DNA of 63,950 nt, counting the filler, from Reticulomyxa filosa (lineage: Eukaryota; Protista; Foraminifera): assembly GCA_000512085.1 (NCBI GenBank). It is 21 parts of 21 records of this genome, joined end to end, with 100 filler letters (N's around TTAATTAATTAA, not from the genome) between each part and the next. Parts side by side here need not be neighbours in the genome. Positions count along the whole stretch, not along the records: positions 1 to 2,912 come from ASPP01025698.1; positions 3,013 to 4,206 come from ASPP01022357.1; positions 4,307 to 5,480 come from ASPP01041253.1; positions 5,581 to 8,525 come from ASPP01015474.1; positions 8,626 to 9,633 come from ASPP01018632.1; positions 9,734 to 11,257 come from ASPP01026909.1; positions 11,358 to 16,571 come from ASPP01001335.1; 14 more parts are not named here. One strand, 5' to 3'. The notes below the pieces were generated by a model, which had not been told where the DNA came from, searched no databases, and saw only the letters and a list, made by a program, of their open reading frames with translations. The stretch's first letter is position 1, and each line of letters opens with the position of its first letter. Shown here piece after piece: positions 1 to 13,362 of this stretch. A program made the translations under genes and the position numbers.

Positions 1-2584
1 CTTAGCCTGTTAAATTCTTCAAATAGTCCTGCACTTTGGACACCTCGAATGAAGATAAGTCCTTGTCCAATTCAAAATTCGAAGGCGTGTCTTTTCTGTC
101 TTTGTTTGTAATAAATTTTTCACATGAGCGCGGTATGGGCAGTGCATTTTTGTAAATACTACAATTAATGCTGATGCAATCACTTCGTCGACCAATTTTT
201 TTGCTTTGCCTACACGAACAGAAACAACTGTCATAGCTAGTTCCAAATTTTATGGCCTTGTGCTTTTTATATGGATAAAGGAACATGATCAGCTACTAAC
301 CATCTCTTTTCTTCAGCAAGTTAAATTGATTCATTTTTTTTTCAAAACTAGAGTTTTTTTTAATAAAAATTATGGTGTTTATTATCAAGACTTTTTAAAA
401 GCGTAAGTGTTCACAATTCAACTTTTTTTTACATTTTTGCACGATAACTCGTATTCTTGTCCTTTTTGTGGTTATAAAAAATTTTTCTTTCACAGGGGAA
501 ACCAGATTTTGAAAAAAGAGGAGAATGGCAATAGTAAAACCATAATCCTGCGCCCTTAAAAAATCTATAAACAAAATTAAAATAATTGATTTTGTTTTTT
601 CAAAACAACAACATTATCTTTTATCTGAGAATAAGAATTGTATCATTATCAAACATAAGATCGATGCAATTATTTGAGGTAAAGAAAAAATTGTTTGAAG
701 TGAACGTTGCCAGATGTTTGAAACAAATTACATTGATGTGAAAGAATTAAATAAAAATGATTTGAACAAATTAAATTTGATTTGTCAAAAAAAAATCGCA
801 ATTAACAATGAAACACCAATTTCAATTTTTTTCAGTAAATAGCAGATCTCAAATTAAATAAAAAGTAATTCTTTTCAGCTAGAAGTACGACCTTGATATA
901 AAACTATACTTCGATACAAATGAGGCTTTTCCTTTCTCTCAAAGGCACGACAAATCAATATTTTGTTTATCATTTAAAAATTAAGGAGAAACATCAATAG
1001 CACTCTAATCTAGAAGAAAAAATATACTTGAGAAATGTCGCAGTTATATTTTTTGTACAGTTGGTGGTTTGAATTTTTTTTCATGAGTCTTTTTTTCTCT
1101 CACTCCAAACTCTACTAACCGAAACAAATTGATTTTGTTATGATTATGGCTCGCATTCAGTTGAAGCATGCATAAGCACATTTGCACTTTTTAAAAAAGA
1201 ACAACAGAAAGATAAAATCTAATTTCTTAGAATATTGCAGTAATTGTTATAGTTTAAAACATTCAGTATTTGAATACTAACCAATTTTATGCTTCATGAC
1301 AATTAGATAGTACATTAAATTGTATCTTTTGGCAAACGAACAACCCTATGTTTTTTTTGTTTTGAATTTTCATTGGCTGATATGATCATTACTGTACGTT
1401 GCAAACAATGCACATCTGTTTTTTTTTTTTTCTTTTACTTGACCACAAATTATAACAGTGCTATTGTCAAATCACCAAAATTGAAATGATATTTTGTGTG
1501 AAAACACACAAGAGTTTACACTGGGAAAAAAAAAACAAACAATGAAATAACCTCTTCAACGAATCAGAAAATCCAGTGAGCTGTGTCAGCCACTTCCAAT
1601 CAAACAGATACATCCATACAAAGTCACATCCATCCAATTGTCACAAAACTAACAATTGAAATGGAGTCCGTTCTCATCACACATTTGCTAGATTCTTCAA
1701 TTATCTCAACTACTTTACAAATTTCATCAACTGAAACTATATTGAAGAAATAAACACGATATGAAGATTTCCATATATCATACCCAAAAAAATACGCACA
1801 GTGAAATCTGTAAAGAATATTATTGATTGCAAAAGAAAACCCATCGCAAATAATTCCAATTGAAATTTTCGAAAGCTTAAAAGTATTTGATCATATGCAA
1901 TGTTTAACATTTTATAAAATACATTTGGTGTAACTTATTGATATTACTCAAGCACTTTTTATTTGAAATTTGAATTTGCAAGACATAACAAAACAGTAAG
2001 TGATGGAGATTTGACAGATAATAGCATTACTGTGAGTATCCATTTTTTTGATCAAATGTATCTCAAAGTGATTTATTGACGAATAACATCACTGGAAAGA
2101 CAAGTCAAAGACAAGAAGAAGAGGAGGTCTTCAAACTAAAATGAATCTTGTACGTCAAAATGGTATTATGTTATCATATTCGTGAAATATTTTTTTTCAA
2201 ATTTTTTCAAAGATACGGGAAATTGTCGTATAATAATAGCATTTTCTTCACAAAAAAAAGGGACGACAAAATACGGGTTCTAGTTTTTCAGTAACAAACA
2301 GACCTCAAATCGAACAAAGAGCAATTCTTTTGCATCATCTAACAAATAAAACTGTCTTGACACAGTTCAGCTTTTTCTTTCTTTCAAAGGAACGACAATC
2401 GAATATTTTATTCATAATTCGAAAAAAAACTGAGATACTTACCAATATTTTCTTCTTACAAGTTTATTGTTGAAAGAATTGTGACTATTGAAATTGTAAA
2501 AAAACCCAGTTTGACAAAAACTCTGAAAAACTTAACAAACCCCTTCATCAAAATTTTTTAACATTCAAGCAGAAAAATAAAATC

Positions 2585-2912
2585 ATGGGTGGCCAAATAG
2601 GAGCGGACGAGGATCTTCTTGCACAAACTTCAAGCTTTAAAGAAGAAAAAAATGACAACAGCAAAGCACAAAGGGAAAATGAAAAATTAAATTTAACCAA
2701 AGAAAAACTGAAACGATACTACCAATCACAAGATAAATTGGCTCCATTATTTGATGATCCTGAACAATCCATTGACACGTGCTACATTCAATTGGCACTT
2801 TTGACTCAACAACAATTCCAGCAACAAAAAGATAAAATGGTTAACAATCAACAAAAAGGAAAAAGTGAAGAAGATAAAAAATATGATGATTATAAAGAAG
2901 AAAATGGAAAAT
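2585..2912 (+). CDS. N-terminus of a putative NACHT/STAND NTPase-family protein (3'-truncated)
   Basis: KLKRYYQSQDKLAPLFDDPEQSIDTCYIQLALL resembles the segment preceding the Walker A in NACHT proteins (…I+++YI.L.+…). The P-loop itself lies beyond the contig end. Confidence 0.55.
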
Positions 2913-3012
2913 NNNNNNNNNNNNNNNNNNNNNNNNNNNNNNNNNNNNNNNNNNNNTTAATTAATTAANNNNNNNNNNNNNNNNNNNNNNNNNNNNNNNN
3001 NNNNNNNNNNNN
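2913..3012. other. Artificial contig-joining spacer (first of 20; others start at ~4207, 5481, 8526, 9634, 11258, 16572, 19084, 35348, 39549, 41378, 43710, 47198, 49192, 51807, 53249, 57907, 59128, 61440, 62669)
   Basis: Identical N44-TTAATTAATTAA-N44 blocks; the 12-mer puts stops in all six frames; genes are truncated at each block. Confidence 0.98.
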
Positions 3013-3437
3013 TAGTGTCTTGTGTTTCAACACAGTACCATTCACCATTGTTTCTCTTTCGAATTTCTTGTCGAACATCATTCAACATTTGCTTAAATGG
3101 ATATCCACTTTTGTATTTGGACATCACAACACTTTTCATGCAATTACTCAACAATGAAAAATCGCCAATTTGATATCCTTGTGTAGTTGACCAAATGATT
3201 AAAAATCCGTCATCATTATGTCCAAGTAACTGCATTTCTTCCTTTTCTACCTTTTCTCTCATCATTGTTGTTGTGTGAGCAGTTGGAATGTTTTCACCAC
3301 GACACACATCAATAATAAATATTTTTGGAAAATCTTTGAAAGATTTTATTTTATCACAATTAAATGATGCACGTATTTCATCAATTGATAAAGATTCTCC
3401 ATCACTTGTTATCAACATATTTTCATTTTCTCCATGT
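3013..3437 (-). CDS. Caspase-like (peptidase C14) domain exon with catalytic His and Cys
   Basis: After a CAG acceptor (3440-3438) the frame reads (G)HGENENMLITSDG…PKIFIIDVCRG…FLIIWSTTQGY, matching the caspase HG, PK-x-F-x-x-[QD]xCRG and p10 motifs. Confidence 0.8.
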
Positions 3438-5580
3438 CTGCAAAGTGACCAGAATCAGGAAAATGCAAAACAGAAATGGAAACATTGATAAAATTATGTA
3501 ATGATGTAATGAAAGGAGAAATATCTTGATCAATTAGTTTGCAAAAAAAATAATTTAATAGTATATTCCAGTGACTAAATTGTTTTGTATAAAGTGGTTC
3601 AGCTTTTATTCTGATTTGGTTTTGAATCAAAATCAGATAATGGATAAGTAAAACAATGTGAAAATAAATCAAAAAATGGTAGTTCGGTCAAAGGCCCAAT
3701 TTATGTTCGGATGAAAATATGTGAATAAAGCTTTTTGATTTATCTTTTTTTCCTTCATTAAAAATATCATGTTGCCAACAGCGTAAGAATTGAATGAAAA
3801 CGGATTCTTCAAATAATACTTTTTCAACATCTTTATTTTCAGAGTGATGTAAATGGATATAGAATATATTCGCTTTGCAAATAGCCAAAGCTTTGATAGA
3901 GAAATCTTAAGATGAACTATTCCTAATATTAAAAGGATCTTTTTATCTGATTGCATTCTTTTGAATTATTGATCATTTATATCCTGCTTCAGAGAAAATG
4001 TTGTTTTTGATAATGCACACTGTCGTCCTTTTTATTTTATCATGTTTTAAATGTTCAATACTATATAAAAAACAATAGCAAATAGACATAAAAAAAAAAA
4101 GCAATTCTTTAAAAAACATCGAATGCAACTATTTTAATTTTTTGAAACAACAAAGCAAAATAAAACACATCCTTCAATGCTTGCATTCAATCAAATCAAA
4201 CAAGTTNNNNNNNNNNNNNNNNNNNNNNNNNNNNNNNNNNNNNNNNNNNNTTAATTAATTAANNNNNNNNNNNNNNNNNNNNNNNNNNNNNNNNNNNNNN
4301 NNNNNNAAAAAAAAATTTATAGACAAAAATAATGACACTATGGTTGTGGGATTATGATTTGTACCCAATCACAAAAATTTTGTTGCTGAATTGGACAGTT
4401 CCGAAACATTTTTCGTGCAAGTGAAGACCCTGGTGCATTTGAAGTCCACACAAAATCGACTTCGACGCTATGCTTGTATTGCCGATCGGATAAGTATCGC
4501 ACGTATGGAACTTTTAAGGCATGTCTCACGCCGGAGTCATGGAATGGACTGCAAAAAAAATAATCGCAGTGTCATTCATTGGCACAGAACAGCAGACAAG
4601 CCAATTTATTGAGAGAAACCCTATGTGCAGCAAGGTAAACCCTTTCGAGATTGGAGCGATGCTGTTCGGGCTTGTGGCACACCTTCAAAGTATGGAGAAA
4701 GTGGGCTGAATATTAAAAAAAAAAATAAAAGATGTAACATGTGTTTGTGGTGGCATGGGTTTATATTCACTATGTAAATATTTTTTTTTTCGTCACTATT
4801 TAATGTTTTTCCTCATTGCTTCATCAAGCGTTTTCTGAAACACTTTTGCTTTTTTTTGAATAACTGTCATTACATTGAAGCCTTTGAAAAAATAAAAAAG
4901 TCAAACATGGAAGAAAATATTGTCCTCTTACATTAATTGAAAACAAAAACACTTGTGTTCCAAGTTATTTTCTGTAGCATCTTCTTGTTCCTTTCTCTTA
5001 TACGTATTCTTCTTTTCATCTACTCATATCCAAAGTCTTTTTTTTGCCAGGAATAGTATTAAAGCTCAGAAATTTTTTGCGATAAGTATAATTCGATAAA
5101 GATGTCAGAGGAGCTGGAGGAGAAATTGAATTATTAAAAAAAAAATCAAAAGAAACTACAACTCACGCACAACCAAAAAAACTTAAAACAAGTATCAAAC
5201 ACTTTGCAATCGAATGTACCACCAGTTTTGCATTGTTCCAACCGCAACCCTCTTTCCAATTTCATGACAGACAAGATGTGTTCTTTGAAGACCTATGTTA
5301 TGTAATGTGTTGATTATAAATGTTTCGACTATTTTCCAATCACATTATTATAAGAAAATATATAACTTGTGATATAGGTCGCGCATAAAATCATCAGTTC
5401 ATTTTCAATCAATCATGAGCCACATTACACGATGGACTTTCAATTTCTTTTTCAAAATGTACGTAATTCAAAACTCAATANNNNNNNNNNNNNNNNNNNN
5501 NNNNNNNNNNNNNNNNNNNNNNNNTTAATTAATTAANNNNNNNNNNNNNNNNNNNNNNNNNNNNNNNNNNNNNNNNNNNN

Positions 5581-6200
5581 TCTCTCTCTCTCTCAACAGA
5601 CGGTGAAAAGTGGTGCCAAATATGGAATCAGTGAAAACGAACCATTGCTACGAAAGCAAACGCTGGCAATGCTATTAAGCGTGATAGTGCTGTTAATCAT
5701 ATTCGTTGGTGGAAGCGTCTCGTATGATATGAGGCTGTTTGTACCATTGCAAGCACTCTCCGATTCCCTCATGATGTGGTTCATGTTCTCCTACAGCAAT
5801 ACCTTTTGGAATCAATTCGTTAACATGTGCTGCGTTGGCGCCTGTAAATCGTGGCTGTCGCAAGAGTAAAATAAGGGGAAGGGAAAGGGGACTGCTTTTT
5901 TTTAAAAAAAAAAAAAAATTTATTAATAGCAAACAAAAGCTGTTTACATTTTCAATAGTCAATTGTTTGTATGTATGTTGCGTGTGTGTGTGTGTGTGTT
6001 TGGTGGTTGATTAAGGACGGATCATCGCGTGCATGTACGAACGAGAGAAGACAGCACGTCCGATCAAGAAAGTGGCGATGAAAGTGATAATGCACAAAAT
6101 GATGACAGCAAAAAAAATGAAGACAATTCAAATGTTGATATCAGTCTTGTCCCAAAAGGACACGAATCTGCTTCCAAATTGCTCGACGAGCAATCTTGAT
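5581..6200 (+). CDS. C-terminal fragment of a multi-pass membrane protein (7TM/GPCR-like), two exons
   Basis: Two hydrophobic helices (TLAMLLSVIVLLIIFVGG; LFVPLQALSDSLMMWFMF), then a W…CC tail, a GT-AG intron and an acidic tail exon from ~6016. Confidence 0.45.
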
Positions 6201-6605
6201 ATCAGCATTTTTTTTTTTTTTTCTCTCATTGTGCTCTTTTACTACTCTCCATACAAAAAATATTTGGAAATATCATAGTACATTTTTTTCATTTGTGAAC
6301 GTATTATTCAAACCTCTTTTTCTTAATCTTTGATGTTTTTTTAATTTTTTTAAAAAAATTTCTCAGACTCAATCACGTCTTACTATGTTTTTTTAATGCG
6401 TGGAATCAATTCCAAAGATATTAATTTGACAAAAAACATACCACGAGGAATTTACGAAAAACAATTAGTGGAATATAACAAAGACGTGATGAAAACAAGA
6501 TACATAAGCGACACTGACCAAACATTACTAAAAAAAAAAAAAAAAAAAAACCCAAATAAACCAAAATCTGAAACCAAAGAAAAAAGAAAAAGAATGTGGA
6601 TTCAT

Positions 6606-8448
6606 CTATACAGGAGAAGAGCTAGAATGCAACCATTCTGAGTACTCTTGTGTGAGTGCAAAGCGTACCAAAGGTTCCTCGCACTAACTCAAAGACTTCC
6701 CTTCGGGAAGTGTTGAAGAGAGTGATGAGATCGACATCGTTAGTTTTTTATCAGCAAACGTAATTAAGTGCCGTCGAACATCATAGCTGATGTTGATAAC
6801 AAACGAGGCATTGAGAGACACATACTTGCGTATCAACAAGCATGCTTTGGTGAGCATGTCATCAGTGGTTTCAAACACAATAAACGAGGCTGGGCAGTTG
6901 TGTTTCGGCAAGTCGACCATCACTACCGTATCAAAGGCGTCTTTCTTTTCATCTGTTGTCATCTCTTTCAGCTTATTTAACCACTGTTGCGTTTCGATCA
7001 AGAACAATATGTTCTCAATTTACTTTTTTTATTTTTTTTTAAATTAGCCATCAATCAATATCTTCGAAAAAACCAGAGAGGGGGAGGATCGTTTTTTTAA
7101 TATAAGCTAAATAAAAAAAAAAACAACTAAACTTAAATTCTCGCATAGCAAAATGACAGAGCAGATTTAACCCCGACGACGACTGCAAGGTATCACGAAG
7201 GGACTTGGCACTATTGAAGCTTTTGGTTTGGCCTTGAGAAGAGTTTCTTTGAGTATTGTTATTGTTATTGTTATTGTTATTGTTATTGTTATTGTTATTG
7301 TTATTGTTATTGTTATTGTTATTGTTATTGTTATTGTTATTGTTGGTGATATCAAGACTAGAAGCAGTGGTGGAAGAGGAAGTCGAGGTAAGGGTGGAAA
7401 TATGCCTAGTGCTGCAGTAATATCCCCAAATAGTCAAAGGCAGACCATTCCAATAAAATACCATATACGTGCTAACGGTGGTGGAAAACGTGGTGGAGAC
7501 GATGAGCCACGAAAACAGGTACGCATACGAAGCACTGGGTGGATCATGCTTGGCAAGGGGAAGCAGCAGCATGCCAATGGAAAACGTGGAAATAACGACG
7601 GCGGTGATCCATTTGATCTCTTCGTGCAAGTGCCAAAGGTCTTGGAATTTGGGGAGGAAATATAAGATAAACAGCGCGTGAATCGACACCAGCAACGCAC
7701 CCAGGGCATACGTAACACGCGACAAATCGCTGTGTCGATCGTGGTTGAAATACACGGACAGTCCCCCAAACATACTCAGTGCAAAAACGACAACAATGAC
7801 GTATACTACATTCTGTCGTAGATTTTTCGCATTGAACCAATGCAAACAATTTTGTCGAACCTTTATCTCCACGTCATAGCAACAACGATAACAACGACAA
7901 CAACGACAACAACGACAATAACAACAACGACCTCTACAAAAATCATAGGCACTGACCGTTGGCATTGTTAGTATTGGTGATGCTGTTGGCGAGGTTGGGG
8001 TTGGGGTTGGGGTTGGTGAAACTCGTACTAATCCTTGCAGGTCCTCTTCCACACACTTGGATACGTAAATATGCCATTTCATCGCGTTATACTTCTCCAA
8101 CTCATACCACATGTAATGCAATCGCAAAATTCCCACCAACGCTGGAATATCTATCCATATATGGTATTCGATATTATTCAATGTACGGAAATATGGAAAT
8201 GGGTTGTAACAACAACCCTGGCCTTGTTCAAACAATATTATCAAGGGAAATACCAATAACACACGGATCAGTTGCGCCACTTGACAAAATACAGTCAAAT
8301 ACGGATACCTTTGTGGCCCCACAAATATACACTTCTCTTTCATCAGCTTTCGAAACAGCAGTAGTCCATTCAACGTAAACAACCCACAACAACCCGCTAC
8401 AATGAAAAACACTGCATTTGCTCTCGCGATAGAAGCCGACTTTTCCAT
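6606..8448 (-). CDS. 7TM-RGS protein (multi-pass membrane domain plus C-terminal RGS domain)
   Basis: About 7 hydrophobic segments, a poly-Asn linker, then RGS motifs: SLRDTLQSSSGLNLLCHFAMREF / IENILFLIE / LLIRKYVSLNASFVINISYDVRRHL. With two 1-nt homopolymer shifts it continues DLITLFNTSRREVFELVRGTLVRFALTQEYSEWL to a stop at 6606. Confidence 0.8.
7255..7345. repeat. (TTATTG)n microsatellite encoding poly-Asn in the 7TM-RGS linker
   Basis: Perfect hexamer tandem repeat visible in the sequence. Confidence 0.95.
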
Positions 8449-8739
8449 TCTATCTATCAATATGTAACAATGGGGCCCGACTTCGTTCCCTCAAATCAAT
8501 TAGCATTAAAAAAAAAAAAAAAAAANNNNNNNNNNNNNNNNNNNNNNNNNNNNNNNNNNNNNNNNNNNNTTAATTAATTAANNNNNNNNNNNNNNNNNNN
8601 NNNNNNNNNNNNNNNNNNNNNNNNNAAAAAAAAAAAAATATATATATATATATATATATGTACATATATGTGTGTGTGTGTGTGTCGAAATGAGATTACA
8701 AAAAAAAAAAAAAAACATACACACATAAAAACGTTGCCT

Positions 8740-9595
8740 GATAGGGCCGCGCGATGGCGCATTAGAAAGCGACGGAGCAACAAAAGGGTCCATCGTGAGG
8801 AGCAAGAATTGCAAGGCGTAGCACGCACCATACAGACCGATGTTGACGGCAATATCGTGAATGGCTTGCGTCCATTTGCGAAAACGCGGACGGTAATACA
8901 TGGATTGAGCCGAAGGAAATTGGGATTGCAATGAATGCCGAGATAAGTCCACTGGATCCAAGCAACGCCAGATTTGAACTAAATGAGAGTCATTTTCATT
9001 TTCGCTTTCATCTTCGTCTTCGTCTTTGTCTTTGTCTTTGTCTTTGTTTTGATCTTTATTTTCATCTTTGTTCAAGTTTTTTGCATTGGTTGAAATGGAC
9101 ATCTGAGATGGATCTCTCACAAAGGAGATGGAACAGTCTAAGTAAGATTGCAGTGCAAGCACTCGAGCGCACACGACCTCCACTGATTCATTTCTACTCA
9201 CTTCCAACAATGACGTCATCCACCCAAAGAGTTTTGGCAAACGTTGAATGGGGACATTCTTTCTATTTTTTCCCCCCCCCCCCCCAAAAAAAAAAAAAAA
9301 AATGCCAGTCTATTGACTAAGTTGTTCCACTTCAAAAAAAAGAAGAACTTGGCTTGATGATACTGGAGGAGAATAGAATGATAAGGATGTTCGGAATGAC
9401 TACTGGCAAAATGACACTCATCAAACATAATGAGCGAAAAGTCGGTTATTTGTTTGATTCCCCGTCGCAACACATCCAAAAAGCTGAGAGGTGTCAAGAC
9501 CAGAAAAGTGAAGGATTCGAACATCCGCTGCCACAAACACGCATTCCACTTCTGAGATTGGTATTCTTCTATTACCTTGTTGCTTTCACTTCACT
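8740..9595 (-). CDS. Dicer/RIG-I-like DExH helicase fragment (multi-exon, truncated at both ends)
   Basis: WQRMFESFTFLVLTPLSFLDVLRRGIKQITDFSLIMFDECHFASSHSEHPYHSIL matches the Dicer-type motif Ib/II plus HPY. The next exon, PKLFGWMTS, occupies the motif III (PRILGLTAS) position. Confidence 0.7.
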
Positions 9596-9919
9596 GCCAA
9601 ACGCTGTCTTTTTTTTCAAAAAAAAAAAAAAAANNNNNNNNNNNNNNNNNNNNNNNNNNNNNNNNNNNNNNNNNNNNTTAATTAATTAANNNNNNNNNNN
9701 NNNNNNNNNNNNNNNNNNNNNNNNNNNNNNNNNCAAATGATTTTTTGGAACGAACATATTCATGAACTAGAATACAATTTACATGTATTTATCTCCAAAT
9801 ACGAATAAGACCATGGACTGAATCGTAACATAAATTAACATCACAATCTCTATTTGTTATATCACTTTCCTTTTTTTTTTTCACTTGTATAAATTTAAAA
9901 CATCTAATACCAAAATCTT

Positions 9920-10170
9920 CTTGTGTATTTCCTTTGATTACATATAATTCATTTTTATTTGATCGAATATCACAAAATCGAATTGTATTGTCAAATGATC
10001 CAGAACATATTACATTTGAATTACCACCAATTTCAATTCAATATTCTGAATCAGATGGTTGCAGTGTTCGTTTGTGGGGTTTCGATCTGGACAACAAATT
10101 CAAGTATTCAATGGACATACAAATAATGTGATGTGTGTTAAATATATACCATTTGTGTTAATTTGCTTTT
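9920..10170 (+). pseudogene. Degenerate WD40-family fragments
   Basis: SDGCSVRLWGFD… and ttcaatggacatac resemble the intact WD40 paralogs in this window; the frame is broken. Confidence 0.45.
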
Positions 10171-10898
10171 ATGCAACAGAAGTGGAAGTAGTTTTTTTTT
10201 TTGAAAAGTTTGATAAAAATGATATTGAATTTGTTTGACTTAATTGCATGTAGTCATCAAATGATTTATTTAAATGAAAATTATATCAAATAACAAAATA
10301 ATTTTGTAAGATATTTAGATATTATGTTTTTCACGAGTATAGACTATTGAAAGAAGCAATTTGCTGAAAAGTGATGACTTAGATCTTGAATTTGCCCCAT
10401 CCGATCAAAAACATAAATCCGATCCATTATTGTATAAATACAATTTGTTCAAACTTAAAATTACATGTAAAAGTAATAAGAAACAAGTCGACAGAAATTA
10501 TTACATGAAGTGATAAAAAATAGTTATTTGTATGATTTAGTCATATTTCAATACACAAATAATTATATATTAATTTAGTTGTCTGTTTCTTTTCAAAAAA
10601 AATTCTGAACGTGCAACATTTATACTATCAACAATGATTGCTATTTGCTGATAAAATAAAAAAATATTAATTTATCAAATTTACAAGAGTAAATATCCAA
10701 AAATTATTTACTTTGTCATCAAATTACAGTTCAAATATTTACTGAGTTGTTATAAAGTAATATTTTAAACAATTATACATGTCAATTTTAATTCATTTCA
10801 ACTAAACTTAAACTGGAAATTTGTCACAAACTTTTTTAATTAAAAAGTTCAAACTCAAAGTTCAAATTTTGAATTGATCATTAAAAAAAAAGACCACA

Positions 10899-11257
10899 AT
10901 GCTGAGCACAACTCTCAGAAGAACCGGTTTTAAACAAAAAGAGCTAAACAAGGGACCAATCTGGAATCTCATTCCTTGCATTCTCATTAGGCGACTTCGT
11001 CAACCCAACACATATCAAGTTAGATTGAACGAACAGCATCAAATGACTCAATACATGAAAAAGATAAAGGGACAACAGGGCGCATTATTAAAAGCAATAC
11101 CTTCACCTGAATTACGAAATGAACGATCATTACTTCAAAAAATGGAATCCGATAAAGAAATTATTCGATATCTCAAGGAGAGTTCATCTCAAGATATCAC
11201 TATCTATGCTGCAGCTGTTAAAAGATGTTCAGAATTGAAATATCCCAATTCAATCAT
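10899..11257 (+). CDS. Probable organelle-targeted PPR-like helical repeat protein, N-terminus
   Basis: Arg/Ser/Thr-rich N-terminus (MLSTTLRRTGF) resembles a mitochondrial presequence; DITIYAAAVKRCSEL resembles a PPR helix (D+.+YN.++..C). Confidence 0.45.
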
Positions 11258-12821
11258 NNNNNNNNNNNNNNNNNNNNNNNNNNNNNNNNNNNNNNNNNNN
11301 NTTAATTAATTAANNNNNNNNNNNNNNNNNNNNNNNNNNNNNNNNNNNNNNNNNNNNTAAAAAAGAACAAATATAGGTTGCTGACTATAATAGCACAGAC
11401 TATATTAATTGCAGTCTAATACCGAACAGACTGTTTTGTGTACTTTTCTTGCACGAAGACAAAACCTTTTCAAAAAATTTAAAATTGGATTGGTAATCAA
11501 ACTAATTGGATAATTTCGGTATTTCTTTTTTAAAATTTTGTCATTATTGATATAAAAATCATCAATTAAATTTTACAAAAAAAAAAAGAAAGTGAACCTT
11601 TTCAAACAAAAAGGAGCAAAACTATTTTTACTTACCCACCTTGTTTTGCTTTTTGACTTTTTTTTACAACTACAGTAACAGTTGTAAAAATATATTGTTG
11701 ATACTTTCTTTCTGCTTCGAAGGTGGAACTTGTTTATTCTTTGTTGTTTTTTACAAACAACTCACTTTTGATAACGACACTATGACGACTTCTGAGCGAC
11801 TGCAATATGCTTGAGTATTTGTAACATAATTATTGCTTGTTCTTATTTTGAACTCAATTTCGTGTTAAATACGCATAAAAAAAAGTTGATTAAACAATCA
11901 TAATACTTTTAAAGGTGTACCAAAGCAAAAATGTGCAAAACGCACAAAAAAGCTGCTATTATTACTGTAAAATCAGTTTCAACGTGACTGTTGTGTTCAT
12001 GTGCTTTGCAATTAACTTTTGAAAAGAAGGCAAAGTAATTAATTAAAACAGAAATTTCAACACAATTATTTTGAATTTGCATTTCTAATAAATCCAACAT
12101 ATGGAAATTAATTCCAATCTTTTATTTTGTAGATGGTTGTGTATTTTACTATTTTTAATCAAAAATTTAAAAAATAGATTTTTAACATAAATTTCGTTTA
12201 TAAAACGCAGACATTTTTCAAATGTAAATTTTATTTATTTAGTATAAAAAGTGCTTTTCATGTGATGATGTTGTGGTGTATAATTGAATTACAAATTTTT
12301 ATTTATTATGCGAAAATACACCCAATTGTTGCCCAAGTCAAGGGCATTTTATTAATATGTATATGTACATTTTAAATAATTATAATGATTTGCACAAAGA
12401 AAAACGTCAATTATTTATACACTATTTATGTAACATGAACAGCACTTCTTTAAATTTAACAAATTTTTTTTTTCGTCTTAAAAAAAAATTGATTTTTAGT
12501 TTTCTGATAACATATTTGCATGACAGAATGATATAACAAATTTACAGTGATTTTTCAATATTATCGCCAAGACATGACTAGTTATCTAAGTTTGGTATTA
12601 TCAACTTAAAACTCTCTATTTCATCAATGATATAATAGTTAACGTTTTTAATTAAAAAAAACACAAATGTGTTACTTGTTGAATAAGTAACTTTTTTTAT
12701 GGATGTTAAAAGGTAAAAATAGAAAAATGAATTAAATTAATTTACTTTGTATGATTAATTATTGTCAATTAGGTACTTGACAACTAATCGTACTTTGTAC
12801 AATGTAATTGCATTATCAACG

Positions 12822-13362
12822 TCAATTGAAGTTCTCATTCTTTGTAATTTGACAGAGTTGATTTTTGTCTGATAATCTATTATTTAAGTATTGAGCCAAA
12901 GTTGGTTCCATAAAGTGAAATATTTTTTGATTGTTTCCAATATGCTGGAACATTTCCATTTTAAACTTTTGATTTTTATCTTTTGCTAAATGTGGTTGTG
13001 CGGATTGTGGTCTTTTACGAACGTTTTGTTTAATTACATCTATTTGGAAAAACAAACTATTACACGAAACGATAAGATTTATATAAATATATCGTACTAC
13101 TTTGTTTTTTATCATTTTCTGCTTGCTTTCTTCCTGCTGTTTTGCGTTTTGGTGTTTCCATTTTTTGTTTTTGTTTTAATGCTTCAACAGGTGTTTGTGT
13201 GTGATGTGTGCATGCTGTTAGAGGACGAGCACTAAGTGGTGGAGTGGGATGTTGTTTGGGAGTTTTTTTGCGCTCCCTTTCTTGAATTTTTAACAGAATT
13301 TCGTTTTGTCGTTCAAACAAAAGTTGATCTCTTCGTTTCTGATGTATTGTGGGGATATGCAA
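12822..13362 (-). CDS. Hypothetical basic protein, last two exons
   Basis: Two overlapping ORFs with coding-like composition, separated by an AT-rich intron-like stretch (~13045-13100). Confidence 0.4.

Noticed and set aside
2585-3437. Apparent NACHT plus caspase gene cluster (and other cross-spacer neighbourhoods)
   Set aside because: The genes are on different contigs; adjacency is an artefact of concatenation.
6670-6750. Programmed ribosomal frameshifting in the RGS domain
   Set aside because: The shifts fall in homopolymer runs, as elsewhere in the window, consistent with sequencing error; no stimulatory structure is evident.
7167-7665. ORFs with (IT)n and (IV)n repeats
   Set aside because: Alternative frames of the poly-Asn microsatellite.
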